Program-made: the position numbers and the translations under genes
Part shown: in pieces, positions 18,398-26,676 of the stretch
Layout: every line of letters begins with the position of its first letter
How positions within the stretch are numbered: the stretch's first letter is position 1
Assembly (NCBI GenBank): GCA_904501925.1
Contig: CAJGCO010000005.1
Coordinates: 16,219 to 80,218 of the forward strand
DNA length: 64,000 bases
Origin: an uncultured Alphaproteobacteria bacterium
GTDB lineage: Bacteria > Pseudomonadota > Alphaproteobacteria > RF32 > CAG-239
Direction of reading: 5' to 3'
Notes under the pieces: model-generated
Databases searched by the model: none
Told to the model about the DNA's origin: nothing
What the model saw: the letters and a program-made list of their open reading frames with translations, nothing else

Positions 18398-19567
18398 TTA
18401 CTCCTTACTAAATAAGTAAAATTTTATGTTTTCAATAAAACGACTAAATGCTCCCATTTTAGCAACATCTTCTTTGGAAACTAATGGAATTTTCTCAATA
18501 GTTTTATCGCCATATTTGATGAATAATTCACCAATTTTATCGCCTTTTTTGATTGGGGCTGTAAGAGGGGTATTATATGTTGCAGTGGATGAGTATTTAT
18601 GTTTTTTACTCTTTTTGATAGTAAGAGTTATGGTGTCAGGAACAACTGCTTGTACTGATTTTTGCATACCATACCAAACTGGAACTTCTGTGATAATTTG
18701 ATTTTTATTAAAGAATGTATAGTTATCAAAAGTTGCAAATCCCCATGTCATTAAGCTTTCTGTTTCCTCAGAACGTTCTTTGTTACTAGAAAGTCCTGTT
18801 ACAACTTCAATTAAACGACGGTTGCCTCTTTCAACAGAGCCTGTTAAACAGAAGCCTGCTTCATCTGTGTGACCTGTTTTTAAGCCATCAGCACCTTTAA
18901 GGCTATATAATAAAGGATTTCTGTTTCCTTGTTTGATGCCGTTGAAAGTGAACTCTTTTTGCTTGAAGAAGTGATAATAATCAGGAAAATCTTTGATGAT
19001 GTGACGAGCAAGGATTGCTAAATCTTCAACAGAGATTTTGTGATCTGGGTGTGGTAGACCGGTTGAATTTTCAAAATTGGCATTTTTAAGACCTATTTTT
19101 TGAGCTGTTTCGTTTAATAAGGAAGCAAATTCTTCTTCTGATCCAGCAAGGTTTTCTGCAACAGTTATGCAGGCATCGTTACCTGATTGAATTATTATAC
19201 CTTTGATTAAATCTTCAACTTTAACTTCTTGGCCAATCTTTAAAAACATAGTTGATCCGCCAGAGGCTGCTCCACCTTTGCGCCATGCATTTTCACTTAC
19301 TCTAAAAGTATCATCAAGAGATATTTCCCCTTCTTTTATTTTACTGAGAAGAACATATATTGTCATAAGTTTACTCATGGAAGCAGGAGGAATCATATCT
19401 TGATGGTTTTTTGTGTAGATATATTTTCCTGTTTCAAAATCCATAAGGATAGCATTTTTAGCTTTAGTTTCAAAAGCATTTGCTTGGCTAATAGCAATTA
19501 AAGAGATGCTTGAAGCTAAGATAAACATTTTTTTATAATTCATTATATAACTCCTATCCTTGAACAA
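18398..19567 (-). CDS. dacA: D-alanyl-D-alanine carboxypeptidase (S11, PBP5/6 family)
   Basis: SMSKLMT SxxK active-site motif, a signal peptide and a C-terminal beta-sandwich region. The true start may be an internal Met. Confidence 0.85.
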   Translation of the reverse strand: MFKDRSYIMNYKKMFILASSISLIAISQANAFETKAKNAILMDFETGKYIYTKNHQDMIPPASMSKLMTIYVLLSKIKEGEISLDDTFRVSENAWRKGGAASGGSTMFLKIGQEVKVEDLIKGIIIQSGNDACITVAENLAGSEEEFASLLNETAQKIGLKNANFENSTGLPHPDHKISVEDLAILARHIIKDFPDYYHFFKQKEFTFNGIKQGNRNPLLYSLKGADGLKTGHTDEAGFCLTGSVERGNRRLIEVVTGLSSNKERSEETESLMTWGFATFDNYTFFNKNQIITEVPVWYGMQKSVQAVVPDTITLTIKKSKKHKYSSTATYNTPLTAPIKKGDKIGELFIKYGDKTIEKIPLVSKEDVAKMGAFSRFIENIKFYLFSKE

Positions 19568-20459
19568 TTGTTACGTCTGCATGACCATAATCTAAGAGGC
19601 GATCTAAAATTTGCATTGCTTCACTACGTGATTGATATGCGCCTAATCTAACTCTGTATACGCCATCTTTACTGAGATATGCTTCATAAATTGAAACATT
19701 ACCAAAGCGTTTCATACTTTGAGCAATTTCTTTTGCTTTTTTGTAGTCAGAAAATGCACCAACCTGAACAAAAAAGTTTCCACTATTATCTGAGGTAATT
19801 GGTTTTGATTGTTGAGAAGTGGAAACATTAGATGTATTTGAAATGGTTATTTCAGTTGTGTATTTTGGGGTGGTGTTTTCTACTAAAGAATAATCAATAG
19901 CTGTGTTATATGTTTTTGAAGTAGAGGTTTTTGAAAGCATTGCTTCTTTTATGGCTCTACTTTCTTTTTCTAAAACTTCAACTTTAACTCTTGTGGTACC
20001 TTTTTTGCGATAACCTAGTAATTCTGCACCTTTTTGTGAAACGTCAATGATTCTGTTTTTTACATAAGGACCTCTATCATTAACACGTGCAATTATGGAT
20101 TTACCATTTTCAAGATTTGTAACTTTTACAATAGATGGAAGAGGTAATGTTCTGTGTGCGGCTGTAATTGCACGCATATCGTAAGTTTCACCATTTGCTG
20201 TTCTTTTGTTATGAAAATCGTCACCATACCATGATGCTATACCAACTTCACTATAATTGTAATCTTCTTTTGGGGTGTAGCTTTGTCCCATGACTGTATA
20301 TGGATTTCCAACTTTGTAAAAACCACCATCGGCTTTGATTGCTTTTACTTCTTGTGTTAAGTTTTCATAACGAAAAGGTTTGTTATCTGATGCACATCCA
20401 GTAACTAGTATAAAAGCAAGTGTTGATAATGTTAGTTTTATGTTTAATCGCGTTTTCAT
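19554..20459 (-). CDS. rlpA: Septal ring lytic transglycosylase RlpA (DPBB domain + C-terminal SPOR domain), lipoprotein
   Basis: Lipobox LVTGCAS, a DPBB region (SWYGDDFHNKRTANGETYD) and a SPOR-like C-terminus (FFVQVGAFSDYKKAKE...YRVRLGAY). Confidence 0.85.
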   Translation of the reverse strand: MKTRLNIKLTLSTLAFILVTGCASDNKPFRYENLTQEVKAIKADGGFYKVGNPYTVMGQSYTPKEDYNYSEVGIASWYGDDFHNKRTANGETYDMRAITAAHRTLPLPSIVKVTNLENGKSIIARVNDRGPYVKNRIIDVSQKGAELLGYRKKGTTRVKVEVLEKESRAIKEAMLSKTSTSKTYNTAIDYSLVENTTPKYTTEITISNTSNVSTSQQSKPITSDNSGNFFVQVGAFSDYKKAKEIAQSMKRFGNVSIYEAYLSKDGVYRVRLGAYQSRSEAMQILDRLLDYGHADVTIVQG

Positions 20460-20627
20460 ATTTCCCTCTTGAGGTGAGTATATTTTATGTGTTGGGTGAT
20501 TGTAAAGAATTATTATAAAGTTATTATCTTGGTTTTTGGGTGTTCTTTATAATTTCTTTTGACAATTATAATCTTCTTTTTTATTATAAGTTTAAATGCT
20601 TAACAAATAGTAATAAAAAGAGGGTTT

Positions 20628-21329
20628 GTGATGAAAAGTATGTTATTTTTTGGTTTAGTTTTAGCTCTTATGCTTGGTTGTTCTCCTGAAATAAAGGCTT
20701 ATGATGTTATATCTGAGGAAGATGAGGGGTTGTTAATAGGGGTTGTAAAAGGCGCAAAGAAGAGTGTTGAAGAGCTTAAGTTAGAGCAAAAAAAGAGGGA
20801 TGCAGACCTTAGTTTGAGAGAAAATTTGGATAGAAGTTTTGAATATCCAATTGGTGATGAGAGAAAAGAAGATAATGAATGGTTTAAGCCTTTCGAATTT
20901 GGTGAAACAAAGGAAGTTGTTGATGAGGCTTTTGAAAAAGTTAAAGATGAATATAAAACAAGAGCAAATGATTGTTTTGAAAGTCATTTAGGTAATTATG
21001 GTATAGAAAGAGCAATATCTAGCGATGGTAATGTATATGATAATACTGCAATGATGAGTGTGAATTTTGAGGGAGCAAATTCTTGTTTATCAGATTTAGG
21101 TAATGAAATTTTAGATGAATTTTATGGATCAGATATTGATAAAATCAAAGAGTATGAAGAAAAAATTGCTAATTTCTATATGAGTGGAACCGGTGTTGTT
21201 ATGGATCCTTCGTTTTGTGGTGAAAGATGTAGTTTGAAGGCTTTATTTGATATGCAATTATCTAAAACAACAGAATTTAAAAAACTACTAAATGAATTGG
21301 TTGATAATGCGCCAAAAGTGAGTAATTAA
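20628..21329 (+). CDS. Hypothetical lipoprotein
   Basis: Signal peptide with lipobox LMLGCS; acidic, coiled-coil-like sequence. Confidence 0.5.
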   Translation: MMKSMLFFGLVLALMLGCSPEIKAYDVISEEDEGLLIGVVKGAKKSVEELKLEQKKRDADLSLRENLDRSFEYPIGDERKEDNEWFKPFEFGETKEVVDEAFEKVKDEYKTRANDCFESHLGNYGIERAISSDGNVYDNTAMMSVNFEGANSCLSDLGNEILDEFYGSDIDKIKEYEEKIANFYMSGTGVVMDPSFCGERCSLKALFDMQLSKTTEFKKLLNELVDNAPKVSN

Positions 21330-22369
21330 TGCAAGAAGAAATTTTATCGCCAGATAGTAACTCTTATTTAATTGGCCATGATGCTGAAGTGGACTTGTTT
21401 TTAAAGTCATTTAATTCTAAATCTTTGCATCATGGGTGGTTAATTACTGGAGATGAGGGAATCGGCAAAGCTACTCTGGCATACAAAATTGCTAGGTTTT
21501 TGCTTTTGGCTGAAGACGATAAAGAGTATAAAACAATTGATGTAGCTATGGATAATCCTGTTTTTGGGCAGGTTGTTCAGCGTTCTCATCCTGATTTTAA
21601 GGTTTTAGAGAGAGATTATACAGAAACGGATAAAAAGAAATTGCTTAAGGCTATTAAGCAAGGTGATGAAATTGATAATGAGTTAAAAGGAAGTTTAAAA
21701 CGTTCTTCGGTTATTAAAGTTGAAGATGTGAGAGATGTTGTTTCTTTTTTATCAAAAAGTTCGTTTAATAATGGATGGCGTGTAGTGATTGTTGATAGTG
21801 CTGATGATTTGAATACGTCTAGTGCTAATGCTTTACTTAAGATCTTAGAAGAACCACCTGCAAAAAGTATTTTATTATTGTTGTCTCATAATCCTGGTAA
21901 ATTATTACCTACTATTCGTTCTAGGTGTGCAAGGCTTGCTTTAAAGCCGTTAGAGGATACTGAAGTTGCTAGTTTGTTAAGACGATATATGCCTGAGTTG
22001 AAAGAAGTAGAGGTTCAAGGTTTGGTTAAAATTTCTGGAGGAAGTATTGGTAGGGCAATTAAATATGCAAGAAATAATGCTCTAGAAATGTATGAGAGTA
22101 TTCAAAAGGTTTGTTATGCTGGTAGTAAGTTTGATGGTAGTGTTATGTTAGATTTAGCTAACGATGTGGCAAATGATGAGGATTGTTGGGATTTATTTGC
22201 AGAGCTTGTGTGTCGTTTTGCTCGAGATAATTTAAAAGATGCAAAAAATCCTCGTGAATTTTATGAGGTGTATGAAAATATATTAAAAATATTAGATGAA
22301 ACATTGAGGTTGAATATGGATAAAAAACAATCATGTATTCAGATTTTGTATCAGTTATCACAGGTATAA
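21329..22369 (+). CDS. holB: DNA polymerase III subunit delta prime
   Basis: AAA+ clamp-loader features (HHGWLITGDEGIGKATLA, SRC motif TIRSRCARL). Confidence 0.82.
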   Translation: MQEEILSPDSNSYLIGHDAEVDLFLKSFNSKSLHHGWLITGDEGIGKATLAYKIARFLLLAEDDKEYKTIDVAMDNPVFGQVVQRSHPDFKVLERDYTETDKKKLLKAIKQGDEIDNELKGSLKRSSVIKVEDVRDVVSFLSKSSFNNGWRVVIVDSADDLNTSSANALLKILEEPPAKSILLLLSHNPGKLLPTIRSRCARLALKPLEDTEVASLLRRYMPELKEVEVQGLVKISGGSIGRAIKYARNNALEMYESIQKVCYAGSKFDGSVMLDLANDVANDEDCWDLFAELVCRFARDNLKDAKNPREFYEVYENILKILDETLRLNMDKKQSCIQILYQLSQV

Positions 22370-22372
22370 AAA

Positions 22373-22412
22373 ACGGCAAAGCCTCTGTTAGAAAACAGAG
22401 GCTTTGTTTTTT
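22373..22412 (+). terminator. Rho-independent terminator after holB (left edge of the accessory region)
   Basis: Hairpin aaagcctctgtt agaaa acagaggcttt + T7. Confidence 0.85.
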
Positions 22413-22571
22413 TAATAATTCTAATAATTGAATACTCGTTCTTTCATTTCGTCGCATTTTTTTTCAAATGCTTCGATTTTTTTTGTTTGAAGTTTTTTTT
22501 CAATCCTTCTGCTGATGTAAACAAACAGCAACGTGCCACTAAGGAACATTTCCAGAAGAGTTATTGTTTCC

Positions 22572-22640
22572 ATAAAAAAAATATAAAAATTGATTATACG
22601 TCGTTTAATGTAGTCTAAAAATCTTTTTTGTCAACATTTT
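22572..22640. repeat. R2-right partial repeat (~80% identical to 25812-25880)
   Basis: Alignment: aaaaaaatataaaaattgRttaWacgtYgtttaatRtagtctaaaaa. It overlaps the 3' end of the C26 peptidase gene. Confidence 0.7.
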
Positions 22641-23577
22641 TTTGTGCAATTTTATCAGATATTTTTTGAGGATGTTTTTTCTTGTATTCTTTAGCAAGAA
22701 TTGCAACGTGATTGTATAAACTTTGCATTTGAATATCTCCTTTGGCTGCAAGGTCTTCCGGGTGTCCTTGAATGCATAAAATACCTTCATCACTATTACC
22801 CCATATTTCTGGGATATTATCATCATTAGATATTGCGTAAATATCCATTTTAATTAATGGTTTTTCTTGTACATAATCTTGAATAGAAGAGTGAACCATT
22901 GATTGATTATGGCGAGAATTTATTTTTATTGTGGTAGTATCTTTAGAGATTTTCATTATATCAAAAATTGGTGTATTGGGTATTAGTTTTATATCGTGCA
23001 TAATTACTTGAGATGGTTGTGGTTTATGTGCTGCAGGATGAGGGATTTCTTCCTTTAAACTGCGATACATTTTCATTTTACCTAAGATGGCACCAATCAT
23101 TTGAGCACCAGCACAAATTCCTAGCATTGGTTTTTTGTTTTTATGAGCGTTCATTATTGCGCAATGATATGCGAAATAACGTTTGTTTTCATTAGAGGGT
23201 AAATTTTTATTATCAATGAAAAAATTATCAGGATTATCAAATGCTCCGCCAGGTAAAATAATACCATGACAATTTTTGCATTGTTCATATGTGTTTTCAA
23301 AGTCTAAAAATTTGATTTTAGCACCAGTTTTTAATGTTGTTTCTAAATATGGTTCAGAAATTGTATAAAATTCTTCTTTGGTAATACTTGATTTGTCTTG
23401 CCCAAGGAGAAAACCTAAAGTTGGAGCTGTGCTAGATGTATATGCATTAAAGCCTTTAGGAAGTCTAATGTCTGCTACTATATTTTGTTTTTTTAGTTCA
23501 GCGATGGTTTGTTTAGAAATTCCATAGCTTTCGAATTCATCGATATATTCTAGGTATACTATTTTTGTTTTTATCAT
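22615..23577 (-). CDS. Class I glutamine amidotransferase-like / peptidase C26 (gamma-glutamyl hydrolase, PuuD-like) family protein
   Basis: Nucleophile elbow PMLGICAGAQM and a C-terminal GHPE His-Glu motif. The start is taken at MIKTKIV; the ORF track has it 13 codons upstream. Confidence 0.65.
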   Translation of the reverse strand: MIKTKIVYLEYIDEFESYGISKQTIAELKKQNIVADIRLPKGFNAYTSSTAPTLGFLLGQDKSSITKEEFYTISEPYLETTLKTGAKIKFLDFENTYEQCKNCHGIILPGGAFDNPDNFFIDNKNLPSNENKRYFAYHCAIMNAHKNKKPMLGICAGAQMIGAILGKMKMYRSLKEEIPHPAAHKPQPSQVIMHDIKLIPNTPIFDIMKISKDTTTIKINSRHNQSMVHSSIQDYVQEKPLIKMDIYAISNDDNIPEIWGNSDEGILCIQGHPEDLAAKGDIQMQSLYNHVAILAKEYKKKHPQKISDKIAQKNVDKKDF

Positions 23578-23734
23578 TGTAATCTCCTTTGTAGAGGTAC
23601 ATATGTATAGTATCACTGAAATGGGGTGTTGTCAATAAAAACTAGATAGAGTAAAAGAGATGGATATTGCAAGTCAACTATGAGTAAAAAAATGATATCA
23701 TATGTCGAGGTATGGATATATGAAAGGATAGGAT

Positions 23735-24034
23735 ATGAGCGAAAATATTACAAAAGAAATTGAACAAATCAATACTGAAACATCTGAAAGTATTGATAAA
23801 TTTTTGTATCGGATTATAAATTTATTTTACATTATCAGCCCACTTAAGACGGCAAAACCATTCGTTTTTATCTTTTTTCCAAGTTCCTTCAAGTTTTGCA
23901 CATTCTTCTTTGATTATAACATTTTCATAACAAATTCCTGTATCACTATTTTTAATATGCTAAATTTACAACTTTTTCGCGCAATATATCAAGCTTGTTT
24001 TGAGAGGTTTGAGGTGTTTCAGGTTTTGCTTTAG
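23735..24034 (+). CDS. Possible small protein (doubtful), overlapping the opposite-strand ORF 23952-24203
   Basis: It is preceded by the same tatatgaaaggata-N-ATG Shine-Dalgarno context found before both toxin genes. The sequence becomes F-rich low complexity after ~35 aa. Confidence 0.25.
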   Translation: MSENITKEIEQINTETSESIDKFLYRIINLFYIISPLKTAKPFVFIFFPSSFKFCTFFFDYNIFITNSCITIFNMLNLQLFRAIYQACFERFEVFQVLL

Positions 24035-24203
24035 GTCTTTCAACACCTTGCTCTTCTCGCAATTTCTTGATAATACTTAATTGGTTTGCCATATCTAGCT
24101 TTTTCAAAGCCATTCTTTGTTTATCTGTTAAAGTTAATCCATCTAGCGAAAAATCTTCATCTTCCGGAAGTAAAGAGTTTGATTGCTTCGTGTTTGACTT
24201 CAA
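23952..24203 (-). CDS. Hypothetical small charged protein (83 aa)
   Basis: ORF with a non-biased, charged composition, immediately downstream of immunity-like gene 1. Confidence 0.4.
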   Translation of the reverse strand: MKSNTKQSNSLLPEDEDFSLDGLTLTDKQRMALKKLDMANQLSIIKKLREEQGVERPKAKPETPQTSQNKLDILREKVVNLAY

Positions 24204-24216
24204 TCTATCATTATTG

Positions 24217-24272
24217 CTACATTAATTGTTATTTAAGAGCAACAAGTTCCTCTTAAATAACAATTAATGTAG
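24217..24272. repeat. Perfect 23-bp inverted repeat (ctacattaattgttatttaagag / ctcttaaataacaattaatgtag) with a 10-nt spacer
   Basis: Read directly from the sequence. The right arm overlaps the last 13 codons and stop of the 125-aa ORF. Confidence 0.9.
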
Positions 24273-24610
24273 TTATAAACAATAACTAAAAAAATCAATG
24301 ACAAAATTAATAAAGCTTTTGTTTTGTATTTTTTTAATAACAAAAAAAATGAAAAAATAGTAAATATTAGTGGAAATACAATATTGATAATAATATTTAA
24401 ATATTCTAACAAGGAAGGTTTTTCTATACTGAAAAAAGATGGTGTATAGTTAATGTGCCAGTATTCATAATCAAAAATAAGATAATATAACTCAAATAAA
24501 GAAAATATTAGTATTGATAGATTAATAACCATAAACAAGGTATATATAGACCAAAATAAAAATTTTTTGAATAACTGAATAAATTTATCTTTTGACATTA
24601 ATATTTCCAA
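24233..24610 (-). CDS. Small multi-TM membrane protein, candidate immunity protein for toxin candidate 1
   Basis: 125 aa with 3-4 hydrophobic helices, lying 55 nt downstream of the toxin-like gene on the same strand. Confidence 0.5.
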   Translation of the reverse strand: MEILMSKDKFIQLFKKFLFWSIYTLFMVINLSILIFSLFELYYLIFDYEYWHINYTPSFFSIEKPSLLEYLNIIINIVFPLIFTIFSFFLLLKKYKTKALLILSLIFLVIVYNYINCYLRGTCCS

Positions 24611-24665
24611 TTGTTGTTCTTATTTTGTTCACGATATACCTTGTTTATAAAATGTCAAGAAATTT

Positions 24666-25556
24666 TTATCTTAATTTTTCTTTAGGATATTTAACATTTA
24701 TTATCATATCCCGACCATATTTTTTTAATTTGTTAAAAAATTCTAATTCATGTTTTGCTAAATCAATGCATCCAGAAGATCCTAGATTAGCACCACCATG
24801 TATAGAAAATTTATTTCTATTATACATTGAATTAGTGTTAAATGGTTCTAACCAAACACGCTTTAGCCCCCATGAGTTCCAACCTCCAGGCGCCATTCCT
24901 CTACCGGTATAACCTAATAAATTACTAACTTTGTCAATATCTTGTACATTGTTTTGTTTTATTCTATAACTTCCTTCAGGTATTGGTCCTTTATTTATTA
25001 AATTTTGATATTTCTTTTCTTGATATTCGGATTTTCCGCTCATTGCTGGCAATTCTAAAATTGTATGCCCATTTTCAATAAAACGTAAATATTGACCATC
25101 AAAATCAACTCGAGATAAATTATCATAATTAATTAATTTATTATATGCATGATTTATTCGATTTATAATATTTTCATTATTTAGATTATCGTCTTCGGAA
25201 TAATCATTTAATGCTTTATAAAAACTAGGAGATAAGCTGTTATTAATTTCTCCCTGAAAATATCCTAAATTTGTTAACATTGTTTTTAATTCTTTTATTT
25301 TAGATAACGTGTCAATAGATGAATTATTACTAGAAATACTATTTTTATTATTCAAAAAATAATTTTCCAGTTGCCTTTCTTCCAAAACTTCTTCTAATGT
25401 TCCGTTAATCTTTGCAAAATCAAAAGCATAAGCATCTTGCAAATTGCCACTTCGCTCAATTTCCCCAACACTTCCGTATTTATCTAAAAGTTCATGTAAT
25501 TTCTTTTTATTTGCTTTTTTGATAGCTATTTCACTATCTCCAATTAAATTAAACAT
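24666..25556 (-). CDS. Candidate peptidoglycan-targeting toxin 1: PG_binding_1-like domain + L,D-transpeptidase-like (YkuD / Tlde1-DUF2778-like) C-terminal domain
   Basis: IKELKTMLTNLGYFQGEINNSLSPSFYKAL resembles the PG-binding domain 1 consensus. FSIHGGANLGSSGCIDL resembles the LD-transpeptidase HG...SxGC(I/V) catalytic signature. There is no signal peptide, and an AAAGGA RBS precedes the start. Confidence 0.5.
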   Translation of the reverse strand: MFNLIGDSEIAIKKANKKKLHELLDKYGSVGEIERSGNLQDAYAFDFAKINGTLEEVLEERQLENYFLNNKNSISSNNSSIDTLSKIKELKTMLTNLGYFQGEINNSLSPSFYKALNDYSEDDNLNNENIINRINHAYNKLINYDNLSRVDFDGQYLRFIENGHTILELPAMSGKSEYQEKKYQNLINKGPIPEGSYRIKQNNVQDIDKVSNLLGYTGRGMAPGGWNSWGLKRVWLEPFNTNSMYNRNKFSIHGGANLGSSGCIDLAKHELEFFNKLKKYGRDMIINVKYPKEKLR

Positions 25557-25760
25557 ATTTTATCCTTTCATATAAAAAAAGAGCTATGCACGAAGCATAA
25601 CTCTTTGGTTAAATTTAAAAACAAAAAAACTCTCCCAAAAGGAAGAGTTCCAACATATAGAATTTTAAGTATAAAATTCCATACTATCAAAATTCATACC
25701 ATCTGGTGTCACTAAAGTCAATACTTTCAGAAAATTTTAATTAAATATTTTTGATTATAT
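25557..25760 (-). promoter_or_regulatory. R1 leader copy 1, transcribed on the minus strand. It holds a sigma70-like promoter (-35 ttgact 25716-25721, 17-nt spacer, -10 tatgaat 25692-25698), a stem-loop, intrinsic terminator T1 (25622-25650, stem ctcttcc/gggagag + U7), intrinsic terminator T2 (25572-25604, 11-bp stem + U7), and an AAAGGA SD before the ATG at 25556.
   Basis: About 85% identical to 29729-29938. The hairpins have compensatory base changes between the two copies. Confidence 0.65.
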
Positions 25761-25766
25761 CCAATT

Positions 25767-25880
25767 GGGGAAAATCGTAAAAAATCTTACAAAATCAAGT
25801 AAAGTGTCTTCTACAAAAAAATATAAAAATTGGTTAAACGTTGTTTAATATAGTCTAAAAAAAATTTTTGTTAATATTAT
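25767..25880. repeat. R2 mosaic repeat (full unit). The left half recurs at 30143-30200 and the right half at 22572-22640.
   Basis: Direct sequence comparison: ggggaaaatcgtaaaaaatcttaYaaaa... and ...aaaaaaatataaaaattggttaaacgttgtttaatatagtctaaaaa. Confidence 0.7.
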
Positions 25881-25915
25881 TTTTAAGCTAATTTTTACTT
25901 TTGGAGTAATACATT

Positions 25916-26596
25916 ATGCGTATATTACCAATTACTATTACGTTTGGAGGCGATATGTCTGAAGAAAAAATATCTAAATTAAAAAATATTCTACCCTATA
26001 AACACAGATTATATACTATTTTATGTTATATAGCATACATCGCTTTCATAATTTTCATGGGGTTTGTATTTTTTAGCCATGCGGATGACTTGAAAATTTT
26101 TATGAGAACAATAAGTTGGCGTCTGACGAAGCCTCAATCCGTTTTAAACATGGCGGTTGCACGTTTTACTTATAGAACATTATTGGAAGTTCCTTTAATT
26201 ATAGTTTACACAATATGTTTATTTAAATCCATAAAAGCAATAATAAACAAAACTTTTTCTTTCTATAGGATAACCATAAAATTCTTAATTATATCTGGTT
26301 TCTTCTTACCTGAGATGTTAATTTTTCCTTGTGCGTGCTCATCAGGCCAAAGAATGGGAATGTCAATATATATCTTTCTTCTAATCCCTTTAATTATGAC
26401 TATAAAAAGTTTAATTAAGAGAAGTAAGAATATAACGTCAACTTTAAAAATTATAATTAATCGAATTTTAATTGGCGCACTTTTGATGATTTCGGCAGGA
26501 TTAATAGTTGGCTTTATTACATTAGCAAATCATGATCCACATGCTGCTTATGAGATGACTGATGAGATGACTGTTAAAACATTTGAAGCTCAATAA
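25916..26596 (+). CDS. Hypothetical polytopic membrane protein (226 aa)
   Basis: 5-6 hydrophobic helices and a GGAG RBS 9 nt upstream. It is convergent with 26677-27291 and shares a terminator with it. Confidence 0.5.
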   Translation: MRILPITITFGGDMSEEKISKLKNILPYKHRLYTILCYIAYIAFIIFMGFVFFSHADDLKIFMRTISWRLTKPQSVLNMAVARFTYRTLLEVPLIIVYTICLFKSIKAIINKTFSFYRITIKFLIISGFFLPEMLIFPCACSSGQRMGMSIYIFLLIPLIMTIKSLIKRSKNITSTLKIIINRILIGALLMISAGLIVGFITLANHDPHAAYEMTDEMTVKTFEAQ

Positions 26597-26609
26597 TTAG
26601 TTGCTCCAA

Positions 26610-26648
26610 CACAAAAAAGGTATCACATTTGTGATACCTTTTTTATGC
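26610..26648. terminator. Bidirectional rho-independent terminator between the convergent genes
   Basis: aaaaaaggtatcaca tttg tgataccttttttat: a perfect 9-bp stem flanked by an A-run and a T-run. Confidence 0.85.
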
Positions 26649-26676
26649 TAATAACATCTTAAATAATTTAAAATGG

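Noticed and set aside
22605-22826. 73-aa ORF overlapping the 3' end of the C26 peptidase gene
   Set aside because: It is an alternative frame of the same region with a K/L-rich low-complexity translation. The longer in-frame peptidase ORF with catalytic motifs is preferred.
25572-25604. Tiny ORF starting inside the toxin leader (AUG AAA GGA UAA in copy 1)
   Set aside because: Its AUG overlaps the SD, it encodes only 3 codons in copy 1, and it is out of frame and not conserved in copy 2. It is considered coincidental.
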